From Burkholderiales bacterium (lineage in GTDB: Bacteria > Pseudomonadota > Gammaproteobacteria > Burkholderiales > Burkholderiaceae_C), in NCBI GenBank assembly GCA_038317285.1, contig JBBQBG010000001.1, positions 1 to 55,945 of the forward strand: a stretch of DNA of 55,945 bases. The letters run 5' to 3'. This document shows, piece after piece, positions 1 through 11,060 of the stretch. A model generated the notes under the pieces. That model worked only from the letters and a program-made list of their open reading frames with translations. It was not told the DNA's origin and did not search any database. The position numbers were made by a program, and so were the translations under genes. How positions within the stretch are numbered: the first letter of the stretch is position 1; every line of letters starts with the position of its first letter.

Positions 1-458
1 GTGTAACCAGTGATGTCCAAACCCATACGCTTGGGTTGCAGCCTGTGTTTGCGCAGCACTTGTAGCAACGTGTCGATGCCCTCCGCTTCCTCCAACTCCA
101 CCAGCGTCTGGGCGCTGAAATTGACAAACAACTGGCCACCGGGCCGATCCACCAACCAGCGTTCGATGGCTACTTCCATGCACCCCAGTTCAAATTTGGC
201 CCGGCAGCGTTGTTCTTTGGCAGCGCGGATCAAATCTTCGTAGGACATTTCCGCTACGTTTCGCGGGATGCGGATCAGCGCCTCATGGCCCATGACCGAG
301 CCAGTGCGCAAGTCCACCATGGGTTGGAAAACGGTGGTCAGAGACTTGCGCTCCAGCAGGTCCATTACGTCGGGTAGCGAACTGTCCTCTTGGCCCTTGC
401 GGGCCTTCCACCAGTGTTGGATGGTTTGGGGCAAAAGTCGAATAGAAGGAGTTTTCAT
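1..458 (-). CDS. EAL-domain protein, 3' part outside window; possibly degenerate c-di-GMP phosphodiesterase
   Basis: Manual minus-strand translation from ATG at 458: MKTPSIRLL...TTVFQPMVDLRTGSVMGHEALIR...LFVNFSAQ...RMGLDITGY. FQP, EAL and FVN motifs present. Absent from ORF track because it has no stop in the window. Confidence 0.85.
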   Translation of the reverse strand, partial: MKTPSIRLLPQTIQHWWKARKGQEDSSLPDVMDLLERKSLTTVFQPMVDLRTGSVMGHEALIRIPRNVAEMSYEDLIRAAKEQRCRAKFELGCMEVAIERWLVDRPGGQLFVNFSAQTLVELEEAEGIDTLLQVLRKHRLQPKRMGLDITGY

Positions 459-571
459 TGCAGAAAAGGGTCGTAGCCCATGCCAGTTTTAGTTGTTTAC
501 ATTACATGCCAGCCCGATTCGAGCCGCAAACCTAACAGTCCACCGCTGAACAATCGGCTCAAAAATACGGG

Positions 572-1126
572 TTAACGCTTAGAAAGTATGGCGACCTGGT
601 GCGCCAAATCCTGCACCGCCTTGGTCAAAGCCAGCAATTCGCGCTCTTTCATCATGTCGATTTTTTCGTGCAGCAACTCGATTTCCAACTCCGCCTTGAC
701 GTTGATTTCGTAGTCGGTTTCCGCGTGCCGCCGGTCCATCTCGGATTGGCGGTTCTGGCTCATCATGATGGCCGGTGCCGTGTAGGCCGCCTGGAATGAC
801 AGCAGCAAATTCAGCAAGATAAAGGGATAGGGGTCCCATGCACCTGCGCCAAACCATATGTTGCCGCTGATCCACAGAACAATGGCGGAGCTTTGGAAAA
901 TAATGAAGCGCCACGAACCAATCGTGGCGGCCACACCGTCTGCCAGCCTTTGGCCCCGGGTGGGTCTACCCAAATCAGTCGCTTGCGGTATTGCATTTGG
1001 CTGGGGCGATCGAGTCGCCCTATAGGTTTTGCGGTGCGCCCTTCGGTGCTGCCGCAACAAGCTTAATTGGCTCGCATCCTCTGGGGAAATCAGCAGGGTG
1101 CTTGGGCTGGACGTTGCAGTTGACAT
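572..1126 (-). CDS. DUF1003 family membrane protein
   Basis: ADGVAATIGSWRFI...WDPYPFILLNLLLSFQAAYTAPAIMMSQNRQ...DYEINVKAELEIELLHEKID is the typical DUF1003 signature. Start placed at ATG 1126. Confidence 0.9.
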   Translation of the reverse strand: MSTATSSPSTLLISPEDASQLSLLRQHRRAHRKTYRATRSPQPNAIPQATDLGRPTRGQRLADGVAATIGSWRFIIFQSSAIVLWISGNIWFGAGAWDPYPFILLNLLLSFQAAYTAPAIMMSQNRQSEMDRRHAETDYEINVKAELEIELLHEKIDMMKERELLALTKAVQDLAHQVAILSKR

Positions 1127-1241
1127 GTGCAGTCTGACGCATAAAGTGCCAAGAGCCAAAGCACCATCGCTTGGGTATCCGGTGCCGCAGGGTAAGTGCA
1201 CTCACGTGCACCGACTGTGCGCCAGCGCGCACAGTCGGCCT

Positions 1242-2690
1242 TTAGCCAACGGCCAGATTGCCCAGCGTCTTGATGCCCTGCTCCATGTCACGGCCCCAGG
1301 GCCGCGCCACGTTGAGGCGCATGAAGTTGGTGAATTTGTTGGATGCTGAAAACAGCGCCCCAGGAGTGAACGCTATGCCCTGCGCCACTGCCAGGCGCAG
1401 CAGTGCCAGCGCATCCACCTGCGCAGGCATCTCAATCCACAGCCACCAGCCGCCGGCAGGGCTGACAACCTGGGTGCCAGCCGGAAAATACTTTCGCACC
1501 GCAGTCAGCGCCTGCGGCACGGTGGCTGCCAATTGCGCGCGCAGTTTGCGCAGGTGCAAGGGCAAACCGCCCGCCCGCATGAACTCGGCCAGCACGGCCT
1601 GGTCAAACAGCGGCGTAACCAGCGAGTTGCTGAGCTTGAGCGATTCAATCCGCGCGTGGTAGCGCCCACCCGCGATCCAGCCCACGCGAAAGGCCGGCGC
1701 CAGACTCTTGCTGCACGAGCCGCAGTAAATAACGCGGCCATGGCGGTCCCAAGCCTTGACCGGCTGTGGGCGCTCGTGGTCTTGGGTCTGCGCGTGCGAG
1801 AGGTCACCGAACACATCGTCTTCGATCAATGCAATGTCGTGCTGCTCCACCAACTTGAGCACCCGTTTTTTGGCCTTCTCGCTCATCGTACAGCCCAGTG
1901 GGTTTTGAAAATTTGGCATGGCCACCACGGCCCGAACGCCGGGGTGGTGCTCCAGCGCGTACTCCAATGCTTCCAAGCTGATGCCGCTGCCCGGCACACA
2001 GGGAACCTCCACCGCCTTGAGCCCGAGGTTCTCCACCATTTGCAACAGTCCAAAGTACACAGGCGATTCGACGATCACCGCATCACCCGGTTGCGCCACA
2101 GCACGCAGCGCCACGCTAAGAGCCTCGGTGCTACCGTTGGTGATCAACAGTTCCTCGGGCTGCAAGTCCACACCGCACAGCGCCAGGTGCTGCACCAGTT
2201 GCGCTTTGAAGTCGGGTAGCCCTGTGCCGACTGGGTAGTCGCCGATGGACTGCGGGTTATTGCGCAACTGGCGTTGGGCGATGCGGGCCAACGCCCCACA
2301 GGGATACCACTCAGGCGCCGCGTTGGCCAAATGCAAACCCAGGTGCAGCGGCTGGGCCGTCAGTGAATACAGCTCGGTCATGCGGTGCTGCAAAGACACC
2401 AGCTTGTCGTACTCCACCGGCGCTTGCAAGGCGGCCTGGCGGGCTCGGTCCATGGCCCGGCGATTGTGCTGTAGCGCCTTCCAGTCGGCCACGTAGATGC
2501 CCGATTTGGAACGGGCTTGCACCAAGCCCATACTTTCCAGGTACCGGTAGCATCGGGTAGTAGTGGATACGCTGACGCCCTGCGCGGCGGCGTAAGTACG
2601 TACCGACGGCAGGCGCTCGCCAATGGCGTAGCTGCCCGCCTTGATCTCGTCCATCAGGCCCTGGGCCAGTTGCATGTAACTGTGCTGCAT
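1242..2690 (-). CDS. MocR/GntR family PLP-dependent transcriptional regulator
   Basis: N-terminal wHTH (GERLPSVR...VSVSTTTRCY) plus aminotransferase I domain (NFQNPLG, IEDDVFG, SCSKSLAPAFRVGW). Confidence 0.93.
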   Translation of the reverse strand: MQHSYMQLAQGLMDEIKAGSYAIGERLPSVRTYAAAQGVSVSTTTRCYRYLESMGLVQARSKSGIYVADWKALQHNRRAMDRARQAALQAPVEYDKLVSLQHRMTELYSLTAQPLHLGLHLANAAPEWYPCGALARIAQRQLRNNPQSIGDYPVGTGLPDFKAQLVQHLALCGVDLQPEELLITNGSTEALSVALRAVAQPGDAVIVESPVYFGLLQMVENLGLKAVEVPCVPGSGISLEALEYALEHHPGVRAVVAMPNFQNPLGCTMSEKAKKRVLKLVEQHDIALIEDDVFGDLSHAQTQDHERPQPVKAWDRHGRVIYCGSCSKSLAPAFRVGWIAGGRYHARIESLKLSNSLVTPLFDQAVLAEFMRAGGLPLHLRKLRAQLAATVPQALTAVRKYFPAGTQVVSPAGGWWLWIEMPAQVDALALLRLAVAQGIAFTPGALFSASNKFTNFMRLNVARPWGRDMEQGIKTLGNLAVG

Positions 2691-2746
2691 AACAGATGCT
2701 CAATTTGCAAATCTGTACAGCATACGGCAGTTGGACTCTGCATACC
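2678..2746. promoter_or_regulatory. Divergent promoter with repeated CTGY/RCAG motifs, candidate MocR operator
   Basis: ACTGTGCTG, ACAGATG, ATCTGTACAG and CTCTGCATAC cluster in the short gap between the MocR and BenE genes. Confidence 0.45.
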
Positions 2747-2779
2747 TTTTACGTCGTACCCGCCGGCACGATGGAGGGT

Positions 2780-4081
2780 ATGACAACACCGACCTTACAT
2801 CCCAACGCCCCGTTACCTACCTCCCATTGCGCATCCCCGAATGGCGCCAAAGCCTCGGGCCACATGGGCTATGGGGCCATGGCGGTGGACTTGTTTCCTG
2901 CTGTTGTGGCAGGCCTGATCGCCGTGCTGATCTCCTATGCCGGGCCGCTGCTGCTGGTGCTGCAGGCGGCGCAGGCCGCGCATTTGACACAGGCGCAGCT
3001 AGCGTCTTGGGTCTGGTCCATCTCCATCGGTGCGGGCATGTGCAGCATCGTGATGAGCGTCAAACACAAGATTCCGGTCATCTGCGCATGGAACACCCCG
3101 GGTGCCGCTCTCTTGGTCAGCGGGCTCGTCACCCTGCCCTACAACCAGGCGATTGGCGCTTTTGTAGTGGCCGCTGCGGCCATGCTGCTGGTCGGTGTGA
3201 CGGGGGTGTTTGAACGCCTGATGGCGGTGATCCCCAAGAGCCTGTGCGCCGCCATGCTGGCTGGCATCTTGATGCGCTTTGGTGTAGACGCTTTTGCGGC
3301 CGCCCGCAGCACGGTCAGCGGTGCACCGTGGCTGGTGGGCAGCATGTTTGTGGGCTACCTGGTCTTCAAGCACCGCTCGGCGCGCTATGCCATTCCACTG
3401 ACGTTGCTACTGGGGGTGGCGCTGTGGCTCACACTGGGTTGGGGCGCTGTTCAAGGCGCTACCGAAACTACCGGGCAAGATGCTGCCTTGTTTAATATGA
3501 CCCGGCCGGTGTGGACCACCCCGGCGTTTTCGGTCAACGCCATCATCAGCCTGGGCCTGCCGTTGGCGGTGCTGTGCCTGACCGGTCAACAGGTGCCCGG
3601 CATCGCTGTGCTACGCGGGGCCAACTTTGAAGCGCCGACCAGCAAGCTGGTGTCGGGCACGGGATGGACCAGCCTGCTGCTTGCGCCGTTTGGTGCACAT
3701 GGGATCAACCTGGCAGCCATTACAGCAGCCATCTGCACTGGCCCCGAAGCCCACCACCAGCCCAGCAAGCGCTGGGTGGCGGGCGTGGCCTGCGGCGTGT
3801 TCTACATCTTGATTGGCAGCTTCGCTGGCGCCATCACCTACAGCTTTTCGCACCTGCCACCGGCGCTGGTGACGATGGTGGCCGGGCTCGCCTTGCTGGG
3901 CGCCATCCAGGGCGGCTTGGTCAACGCCTTTGCCGAGCCCAGCGAGCGCGAGGCGGCCCTGGTGACCTTTATCGTGACCGCATCCAATGTCAGTTTGCTG
4001 GGCTTGGGATCGGCCTGCTGGGGCATCGCCATCGGTCTGCTAACCTACGTCGCCTTGAGGCCGCGCGTTCGCCTGGCCTAG
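2780..4081 (+). CDS. Benzoate/H+ symporter BenE (YdcO-like) family transporter
   Basis: AGLIAVLISYAGP, PVICAWNTPGAALL, HGINLAAITAAICTG and EREAALVTF motifs. ATG 2780 follows GGAGG. Confidence 0.9.
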   Translation: MTTPTLHPNAPLPTSHCASPNGAKASGHMGYGAMAVDLFPAVVAGLIAVLISYAGPLLLVLQAAQAAHLTQAQLASWVWSISIGAGMCSIVMSVKHKIPVICAWNTPGAALLVSGLVTLPYNQAIGAFVVAAAAMLLVGVTGVFERLMAVIPKSLCAAMLAGILMRFGVDAFAAARSTVSGAPWLVGSMFVGYLVFKHRSARYAIPLTLLLGVALWLTLGWGAVQGATETTGQDAALFNMTRPVWTTPAFSVNAIISLGLPLAVLCLTGQQVPGIAVLRGANFEAPTSKLVSGTGWTSLLLAPFGAHGINLAAITAAICTGPEAHHQPSKRWVAGVACGVFYILIGSFAGAITYSFSHLPPALVTMVAGLALLGAIQGGLVNAFAEPSEREAALVTFIVTASNVSLLGLGSACWGIAIGLLTYVALRPRVRLA

Positions 4082-4099
4082 TATTTTTCTATTGATCGC

Positions 4100-6094
4100 A
4101 TGCCAATTCGCCGAGCGTTATATCTAAGCAACTTCATCCTGTGCATCGTCCTGCTGGGCGCCTGCACCACAGCCCCCACGCATCCCAGCCTGCGCAATGC
4201 CACCGCCGATCGTGCAGCGTTAGGCCCCTTGGTGCCGGTGCGCCAATACGTCGCCAACTGGGATGGCAACGGGGCCTACCAGATATCACCCGATGGGCAG
4301 CAATTGCTGTGGGCCGCCCGCAAGGGCCTGGGACAGGGCCTGTTTGTCAAGAACCTCAAGACTGGCGTGGCGCACAGCTACGGACTCCCCCAAGGCCAAT
4401 GGGCGCAAGACAGCCGCCACATCCTGCTGCAACTCGACAGCGGCAACGAGAACAGCCAGGTCTACCAGCTCGACAGCTTTTCAGACGAGCAAAGGCTGAC
4501 ATCTCTGACGCCGTTCGCAGGAACCCGGTCCTTCATCCAGTCCCAGGTACGGGGCAGCAATGACTTACTGATCGGCAACAACCAGCGGGACGCTAAGGTG
4601 TTTGACCTGTACCGCTATTCGTACGCCAGCGGCACGCTGAGCCTGCTGGCGCAAAACCCTGGGAGCGTGGCGCGCTGGCTGACGGACCGCGATGGCCGGT
4701 TGGTCGGCCGCGCGCGCAAAGACGGGGAGCAATGGGTCTATGAGACGCCGATGGGCGCTACCAGCAACACGGAAAGTGAAACGTCCTGGCAGACCGCCTT
4801 CCGAGTTAGCGTGCGCGACACTGTACTGGCGTTACAAATATCTGCCGACCAACAATTCCTTTGGGCGCTGTCCAACCGCGGGCGCGACAAGCTGGCCCTG
4901 GTCAAGATCACCCTGGGCGGTGGCGCAGAACAGGTGGTGTATGCCGACCCGCGCGTGGATGTGTCACAGGCCTTCATCAGTGCCAAGACGTTGGAGCCAT
5001 TGGCAATTGCATTGGACCCGGGCTACCAAGAATGGAAATTTTTTGACACACGGCTGCAAGCAGCAACTGAAAAACTGCTGGGCAGCGAACACGCCAGATT
5101 GGAGATTGGCAATATCAGCAACGACGAAAACCTGCTGATCGCAACAGTTACGCGTGGCGACGGCGGACAGCATGTGCTGGTGGACCTTGCGCAACAACAG
5201 GTCACAGTGCTGGGTGAGACGAGCCGCAGTCGCATCCACGCCCAAAGCCCCTTGCCCCAGCAGCAGCCCCTGGATTTCATGAGCCGCGACGGCATGGCGC
5301 TGCATGGCTTTCTGACCCTGCCTGCGGGCCACAACAACGGCAAACGCCTGCCCAGCGTGTTGTACGTGCATGGCGGTCCGTGGACGCGCGACGTGGCGCT
5401 GGAAGGTGATCTTATGCCGCTCTTTCTGGCCACCCGGGGCTATGCCGTGCTGCAGGTCAACTACCGCGGCTCAAGCGGCTACGGCCGCGCGTATATGGAA
5501 GCGGCGCGGGGTGAATTCGCCGGCAAGATGCAAACAGACTTGCTGGATGGCCTGGACTATTTGGTGGGCAAGGGCATCACCGACCCAAAAGCAGTGGCCA
5601 TCATGGGCACCAGTTATGGCGGCTATGCCAGCCTGGTCGGCTTGGCATTTACGCCGGAGCGCTTTCGTTGCGGGATCAGCATGGTGGGCATGTCAGACCT
5701 GGCCAGTGTGCTCAACGATGCACCATCTTACTGGGAGCTGGACAAGTCGCGCTGGATGGAATACGTGGGCGACCCTGCCAAGCCTAGCGAGCGAGCGGCT
5801 ATGGATGCCAAATCACCGCTATTTCGAGCCGCAGATTTCCAAGGCCCTTTGCTCATACTGCACGGTGCACGCGACCCACGGGTCAAACTCAACCAGGCTA
5901 CTCGCATGGTGGAAGCGCTGCGCCAATACGGCAAAGCGGTCGATTTTAATATCTATATGAATGCGGGCCATGGCCCGCACCGCTGGCCCGACACGCTGGA
6001 CTACTTCCGCAGGACAGAAGACTTTTTGGCCCAATGCCTGGGCGGGCGCAGCAGCGGCTTTGATTTTTTTGAGTTGGGGAGCTGGGCGTTGTAA
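4100..6094 (+). CDS. S9 family (prolyl oligopeptidase-like) peptidase, lipoprotein
   Basis: Lipobox LLGAC, YVHGGPW, VNYRGSSGYG, nucleophile GTSYGG, HGARDPRV, AGHG. Confidence 0.92.
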   Translation: MPIRRALYLSNFILCIVLLGACTTAPTHPSLRNATADRAALGPLVPVRQYVANWDGNGAYQISPDGQQLLWAARKGLGQGLFVKNLKTGVAHSYGLPQGQWAQDSRHILLQLDSGNENSQVYQLDSFSDEQRLTSLTPFAGTRSFIQSQVRGSNDLLIGNNQRDAKVFDLYRYSYASGTLSLLAQNPGSVARWLTDRDGRLVGRARKDGEQWVYETPMGATSNTESETSWQTAFRVSVRDTVLALQISADQQFLWALSNRGRDKLALVKITLGGGAEQVVYADPRVDVSQAFISAKTLEPLAIALDPGYQEWKFFDTRLQAATEKLLGSEHARLEIGNISNDENLLIATVTRGDGGQHVLVDLAQQQVTVLGETSRSRIHAQSPLPQQQPLDFMSRDGMALHGFLTLPAGHNNGKRLPSVLYVHGGPWTRDVALEGDLMPLFLATRGYAVLQVNYRGSSGYGRAYMEAARGEFAGKMQTDLLDGLDYLVGKGITDPKAVAIMGTSYGGYASLVGLAFTPERFRCGISMVGMSDLASVLNDAPSYWELDKSRWMEYVGDPAKPSERAAMDAKSPLFRAADFQGPLLILHGARDPRVKLNQATRMVEALRQYGKAVDFNIYMNAGHGPHRWPDTLDYFRRTEDFLAQCLGGRSSGFDFFELGSWAL

Positions 6095-6117
6095 GACTGC
6101 ATGGCTCGCAGAACGGT

Positions 6118-6588
6118 CTACAGCTTTGACTCCAGCCGCTTCAAAATAGTCTCCCAGTGCGCGGGCTCCACCGGTGTGATGGATAGACGACTGCCCTTCC
6201 TCAGCACCAACAGGTCTTGCAGCCCGGCATCTGCACGCAGCTCCGGCAAGCTGAGATTTCGGGTTTTTTGCACAACCTGCACATCCACCAACAACCAGCG
6301 CGGGGCCTCGGGTTTGGAGGCCGGATCACAGTAGGGTGACTTGGGGTCGAACTGGGTGGGGTCGGTGTAGGCGCCAGAGGCGACGCGGGCAATACCGACG
6401 ATGCCAGGTTCGGCGCAACTGGAGTGGTAGAACAACACACCGTCATCCAGTTGCATGCCGTCGCGCATGAAATTGCGCGCCTGGTAGTTGCGCACGCCAG
6501 TCCACGGCACCGTGGCATTAGGGGCGGCCAGCGCGTCGTCGACAGAGACCTCGCTGGGTTCGGATTTCATGAGCCAATATCTTTTCAT
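6118..6588 (-). CDS. EVE domain protein
   Basis: YWLMKSEP...WTGVRNYQARNFMR...FYHSSC...DPTQFDP...RLSITPV. Start at MKRYW. Confidence 0.93.
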   Translation of the reverse strand: MKRYWLMKSEPSEVSVDDALAAPNATVPWTGVRNYQARNFMRDGMQLDDGVLFYHSSCAEPGIVGIARVASGAYTDPTQFDPKSPYCDPASKPEAPRWLLVDVQVVQKTRNLSLPELRADAGLQDLLVLRKGSRLSITPVEPAHWETILKRLESKL

Positions 6589-6596
6589 TTCTTGCC

Positions 6597-6624
6597 TTGT
6601 CAATTTTTGACACCAGTTTGACAT
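6597..6624 (+). promoter_or_regulatory. Pho box-like tandem repeats upstream of phnC
   Basis: TTGTCAA (6597), TTGACAC (6607) and TTGACAT (6618) at 10-11 bp spacing resemble the CTGTCAT-N4-CTGTCAC PhoB box. Confidence 0.65.
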
Positions 6625-6663
6625 ATTGAGCCGATAACTTCCCTCCATTGACACGGAGGAACC

Positions 6664-7536
6664 ATGACCACTGCCATCCATATCCACGCTCTGAGCAAAA
6701 CCTTTCTGGGCGGCCGCAAGGCGTTAAAAGACATCCATTTGGACATCCAACCGGGCGAAATGGTGGCTTTGATTGGCGCGTCTGGCTCCGGCAAATCCAC
6801 CCTGTTGCGGCATATGGCTGGCCTCATGGCAGGCGACGCCAGTACCACTGGCTTGATCCAGATCCACGGAAAAATCGTCCAAGCCCAGGGCAAGATTGCA
6901 CGCGATATTCGCAAGACCCGCAGCGGCGTGGGCTTTGTGTTTCAGCAATTCAATCTGGTCGACCGCTTGCCAGTCATCGTGAACGTGTTAGCGGGTGCCT
7001 TGCACCGCATACCCCTGTGGCGCAGCCTGACGCGCTGGTTTAGCAGCGCCGAGGTGGCGCGCGGTATGGACGCCCTGCGCAGGGTGGGCATTGCCGAATG
7101 CAGCGCACAGCGCGCCTCCACACTATCGGGCGGTCAACAACAACGCGCGGCCATCGCAAGGGCCCTGGTGCAAGGCGCCAACGTGATATTGGCCGACGAG
7201 CCGATCGCATCGCTCGACCCCGAGTCGTCACGCAAGGTGATGGACATACTGTCCCGCGTCAACCAGGAAGACCGATGCACCGTCGTAGTGTCCCTGCACC
7301 AAGTGAACGTGGCCATGAAATACTGCCCACGCACCGTAGCACTGCACCAAGGTCGCGTGGTGTATGACGGCCCGTCGAACGCCTTGACCCCCGTATTACT
7401 GCGCGAACTATATGGTGCCGAGGCGGATGACATTTTGTCGTTGGGTGACCACATCACCAGCTTGCAAGACCACAAGCCCGGCGTTCCCCACCTCGTATGG
7501 CCTGTACCTGTAACGCCGCTAGCCGTTGCAGCCTGA
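6664..7536 (+). CDS. phnC: Phosphonate ABC transporter ATP-binding protein
   Basis: [42 protein letters not shown]; lies directly before phnD and phnE. Confidence 0.95.
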   Translation: MTTAIHIHALSKTFLGGRKALKDIHLDIQPGEMVALIGASGSGKSTLLRHMAGLMAGDASTTGLIQIHGKIVQAQGKIARDIRKTRSGVGFVFQQFNLVDRLPVIVNVLAGALHRIPLWRSLTRWFSSAEVARGMDALRRVGIAECSAQRASTLSGGQQQRAAIARALVQGANVILADEPIASLDPESSRKVMDILSRVNQEDRCTVVVSLHQVNVAMKYCPRTVALHQGRVVYDGPSNALTPVLLRELYGAEADDILSLGDHITSLQDHKPGVPHLVWPVPVTPLAVAA

Positions 7537-7599
7537 CATCTCGGCTCAATCGTATCTCTCTTAACCCACCAATCCCCTACCCTTTCCAAGGAAACCACC

Positions 7600-8568
7600 A
7601 TGCTAAAAAGTCTCGCATTCGGAGCCATTGCAGCCAGTCTGCTCGCCCTTAACCCCGTCAACGCCCAGGAGCTAAAGGAACTCAACTTCGGCATCATCTC
7701 CACCGAGTCCTCGCAAAACCTGAAGTCGGATTGGCAACCCATATTGGATGACATGGCCAAGAAGACCGGCATGAAGGTGAACGCCTTTTTTGCATCTGAC
7801 TACGCCGGCATCATCGAAGGCATGCGCTTCAACAAGGTCCATGTGGCATGGTTTGGCAACAAGTCAGCCATTGAAGCGGTGGACCGCGCCAACGGCGAAG
7901 TGTTTGCCCAGTATGTGAATTCCGACGGAACACAGGGCTACACATCCCACTTGATCGTGCACAAAGACAGCCCCATCAAGAGCGTGGAGGACATGATCAA
8001 GCAAGGCAAGAACCTGGCTTTTGGCAACGGTGACCCCAACTCGACATCCGGCTTTTTGGTGCCCAGCTACTACGTTTTCGCCCAGAACAAAGTTGACCCC
8101 AAAACACTGTTCAGGGTATCGCGCTCGGCCAACCATGAGACGAACGCCCTGGCCGTCGCGGCCAAGCAGGTAGATGTCGCCACCAACAATAGTGAGGTAT
8201 TGGAGAAGGTCAAAGAAAAGCAGCCCGAAAAATTCAACGACATCCGCATCATCTGGACTTCGCCCTTGATTCCATTGGACCCACTGGTCATGCGCAAAGA
8301 CCTGCCCGAAGCCACCAAGGCCAAAGTGCGTGACTTCTTCTATACCTACGGCAAGGGCGGCCAGCAGGAGAAAGACAACTTGTTCAAGCTGTCCAAACTG
8401 TCGGGCTTCAAGGCATCCACCAACAGCCAGCTCATCCCGATTCGCCAATTGGAACTGTTCAAAAACCGCAACAAGGCCGAGGCTGACGAGAACCTGGCCG
8501 TAGCCGAAAAGCAAGCCAAGTTGGCAGAGATCGACAAGCAACTGGCTGCATTGAGCACTGCCAAATAA
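7600..8568 (+). CDS. phnD: Phosphonate ABC transporter substrate-binding protein
   Basis: Signal peptide, [49 protein letters not shown]. Confidence 0.96.
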   Translation: MLKSLAFGAIAASLLALNPVNAQELKELNFGIISTESSQNLKSDWQPILDDMAKKTGMKVNAFFASDYAGIIEGMRFNKVHVAWFGNKSAIEAVDRANGEVFAQYVNSDGTQGYTSHLIVHKDSPIKSVEDMIKQGKNLAFGNGDPNSTSGFLVPSYYVFAQNKVDPKTLFRVSRSANHETNALAVAAKQVDVATNNSEVLEKVKEKQPEKFNDIRIIWTSPLIPLDPLVMRKDLPEATKAKVRDFFYTYGKGGQQEKDNLFKLSKLSGFKASTNSQLIPIRQLELFKNRNKAEADENLAVAEKQAKLAEIDKQLAALSTAK

Positions 8569-9386
8569 TGCAAGCCATGACACCGCAGGGCGCGGCGGTG
8601 CCGCTTTCGGCCGCACCCGCCACCAAGTTACCACGCACTTCACTACTGGGCTGGCTTAGCTGGGGGGTGTTGCTGGCCATGTTGGCAGGCTCCTGGAAAG
8701 GCGCCGACATGCGGCCTTTCGACCTGGTGCGCGACGCCGGCAACATGGCCACCTATGCGGCAGATTTTTTCCCGCCCAATTTCCATGACTGGCGCATGTA
8801 CCTGAGTGAAATGCTGGTCACGCTGGAAATTGCTTTGTGGGGAACTGCGCTGGCCGTGGTGTGTGCCGTGCCTTTGGGGTTACTGTCATCGGCCAACATC
8901 AGCCCGCCTTGGGTGCACCACCCGATCCGGCGACTGATGGATGCAGCCCGTGCCATCAACGAAATGGTGTTTGCGATGTTGTTCATCGTGGCCGTGGGGC
9001 TGGGGCCGTTTGCTGGTGTGTTGGCCTTGTTCGTGCACACCACGGGTGTGTTAGCCAAGCTTTTTTCAGAAGCTGTGGAGTCCATCGACACACAGCCCGT
9101 AGAAGGCATTCGGGCCACCGGGGCCAATGCGATGGAAGAGATTGTCTACGGCATCATTCCCCAGGTGTTGCCGTTGTGGATTTCCTATTCGCTGTACCGG
9201 TTTGAATCGAACGTGCGATCAGCCTCTGTGGTGGGTATGGTCGGTGCCGGGGGTATTGGCGTCATCTTGTGGGACATCATCCGCAGCTTTCAGTATGCCC
9301 AAACCTGCGCTGTGATGATCATCATTATTGTCACGGTATCGGGTATCGATCTGGTCTCGGCACGCATCCGCAAAGTGGTGACATAG
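8568..9386 (+). CDS. phnE: Phosphonate ABC transporter permease
   Basis: [53 protein letters not shown]. Confidence 0.96.
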   Translation: MQAMTPQGAAVPLSAAPATKLPRTSLLGWLSWGVLLAMLAGSWKGADMRPFDLVRDAGNMATYAADFFPPNFHDWRMYLSEMLVTLEIALWGTALAVVCAVPLGLLSSANISPPWVHHPIRRLMDAARAINEMVFAMLFIVAVGLGPFAGVLALFVHTTGVLAKLFSEAVESIDTQPVEGIRATGANAMEEIVYGIIPQVLPLWISYSLYRFESNVRSASVVGMVGAGGIGVILWDIIRSFQYAQTCAVMIIIIVTVSGIDLVSARIRKVVT

Positions 9387-9717
9387 CGCGGCTTTGGCCT
9401 GCTTGGCAAGTGGTTCGAGCGGGTTCGACACAAATACTTAGAAGCTTTGCACTGCGTCGCTTCGTCTAGATTGGGTTGAACTGCTGCTTGGCGTTTGTGC
9501 TGTGACTTATATCTACGATGTCGAACTTAAAGAAGCGTGGTAGCTGCAAATGGGCGATGGGCTGTTGATGGCAGAAAGCCAACTTCCAGATCGTCGTTAT
9601 GAAGCTCGCATGAAGCGTCGAAAGATGGCAACGTCTCTATGACTGCTGACTATCGCATTGCTGCATTTGGCGCACCGACAGACGTGGGAAGACGTGATCA
9701 CACAGGAGCGCTTTTGG

Positions 9718-9966
9718 GCCGTCGGAGCGCTGGAAGAATAATTTTGGCATGTGCTGTGCGATACCCTCGCCAAACCTCACTTGAAGGCGCTGGGAAGCTC
9801 GGAAGGGGTGGTGGCGTTGCGGGTGCGCAAGGAGGTGGTGGATTGCGTTGCCGCGCACACGCTCGCGCATTGGATCGAAATCTTCGATGTGTTGGACTGT
9901 TGCGTGACGCCGGTGCTTACACTTGCTGAAGCACAACAGCACACACTATTCAAGGAGTCCACATGA
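9718..9966 (+). pseudogene. C-terminal remnant of CaiB/BaiF (family III) CoA-transferase
   Basis: Reads AVGALEE*FWHVLCDTLAKPHL...[22 protein letters not shown]. In-frame TAA at 9739 sits where Lys is usual; N-terminal part is missing. Confidence 0.72.
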
Positions 9967-10724
9967 GCACATCCAACGGCAAAGTAGCCATCATTACAGG
10001 CGCGTCGGCTGGCATCGGCAAAGCATCTGCAGTAGCGTTGCTCAAGGCGGGCTATAGCGTGGCATTCGCGGGTCGCCGTCAGGCCGAGCTTGAGGCAGCC
10101 GTTGCGTCTGCGGGCGTGGACGCGGTGCGTGGCATTGCGGTGGTCACGGACGTGGCTGATCCCGCGTCGGTGAAAGCATTGTTTGAGAAGACGGTCGCCG
10201 CGTTTGGTCGCGTTGATGTGATCTTTAACAACGCGGGCATCGGTGCGCCCGCCGTGATGCTTGAAGACATCACGATTGAGCAGTGGAAGGCGGTGGTCGA
10301 CACCAATTTATCCGGTGCCTTTTATTGCACGCAAGAGGCGTTTCGCGTGATGAAAGGGCAGACGCCGCGCGGTGGCCGCATCATCAACAATGGGTCGATT
10401 TCCGCCCACGCGCCGAGGCCTAACAGTTCGCCCTACACATCAACCAAACACGCGATCACCGGCCTCACCAAAACCACTTCGCTCGACGGCCGAAAGTACG
10501 ATATCGCGTGCAGTCAGATTGACATCGGCAACGCCACCACCGAGATGACCGAGCCCATGGCCAAAGGCGTCATGCAGGCGAACGGTGAGATAGCCATCGA
10601 GCCGCGCATGGATGTGAAGCATGTGGCGGACGCCATCGTGCACATGAGCAATCTGCCGCTCGACGCGAACGTGCAGTTCATGACGATTATGGCGACGAAA
10701 ATGCCGTTCGTCGGGCGCGGTTAA
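9963..10724 (+). CDS. SDR family oxidoreductase
   Basis: [17 protein letters not shown] catalytic motif, IDIGNA. Confidence 0.93.
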   Translation: MSTSNGKVAIITGASAGIGKASAVALLKAGYSVAFAGRRQAELEAAVASAGVDAVRGIAVVTDVADPASVKALFEKTVAAFGRVDVIFNNAGIGAPAVMLEDITIEQWKAVVDTNLSGAFYCTQEAFRVMKGQTPRGGRIINNGSISAHAPRPNSSPYTSTKHAITGLTKTTSLDGRKYDIACSQIDIGNATTEMTEPMAKGVMQANGEIAIEPRMDVKHVADAIVHMSNLPLDANVQFMTIMATKMPFVGRG

Positions 10725-10745
10725 ACAGGCTAAAGACCGCAGTCG

Positions 10746-10885
10746 TTATGCTGCGCGACGCGATTGCCCGCGCATCACTTTTCTTGCTTTTGAGCGATAC
10801 AGCTCACGGTCTGCCGCACGTAACGCTTCAGCAAGTTCGCTGGTGACGGCGGCGAATCGCGCCGAACCGTGGCTCACTTTAAGGA
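10746..10885 (-). pseudogene. C-terminal fragment of a GGDEF domain
   Basis: LKVSHGSARF...ALRAADRELYRSK resembles the GGDEF tail (SxG...ADxALYxAK). No upstream part is present. Confidence 0.6.
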
Positions 10886-11060
10886 TAAGAATTCCAACCG
10901 CATAAGCCCAAGTAGGCCCCAAAATTGGGCGGCAAAAGCACTCCCGCATACAGTCGCCAGTCCGATTGCCCAAGAATTTGCGCCGCCGTCACCACGATGA
11001 GCCTAAAAACCCCTGGCAAATCAGACTGGCGGCTGTGGATACGCGGGCCTTTTGAGGCTT

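Noticed and set aside
530-577. Possible attC (ACCTAAC...GTTAACG)
   Set aside because: Under 50 bp, no complementary L boxes or stem, and wrong gene context.
6118-6588. EVE protein as part of an anti-phage restriction system
   Set aside because: Stand-alone EVE with no fused or adjacent nuclease.
9520-9603. Possible attC (GTCGAAC...GTTATGA)
   Set aside because: No L''/L' pairing or internal symmetry could be found.
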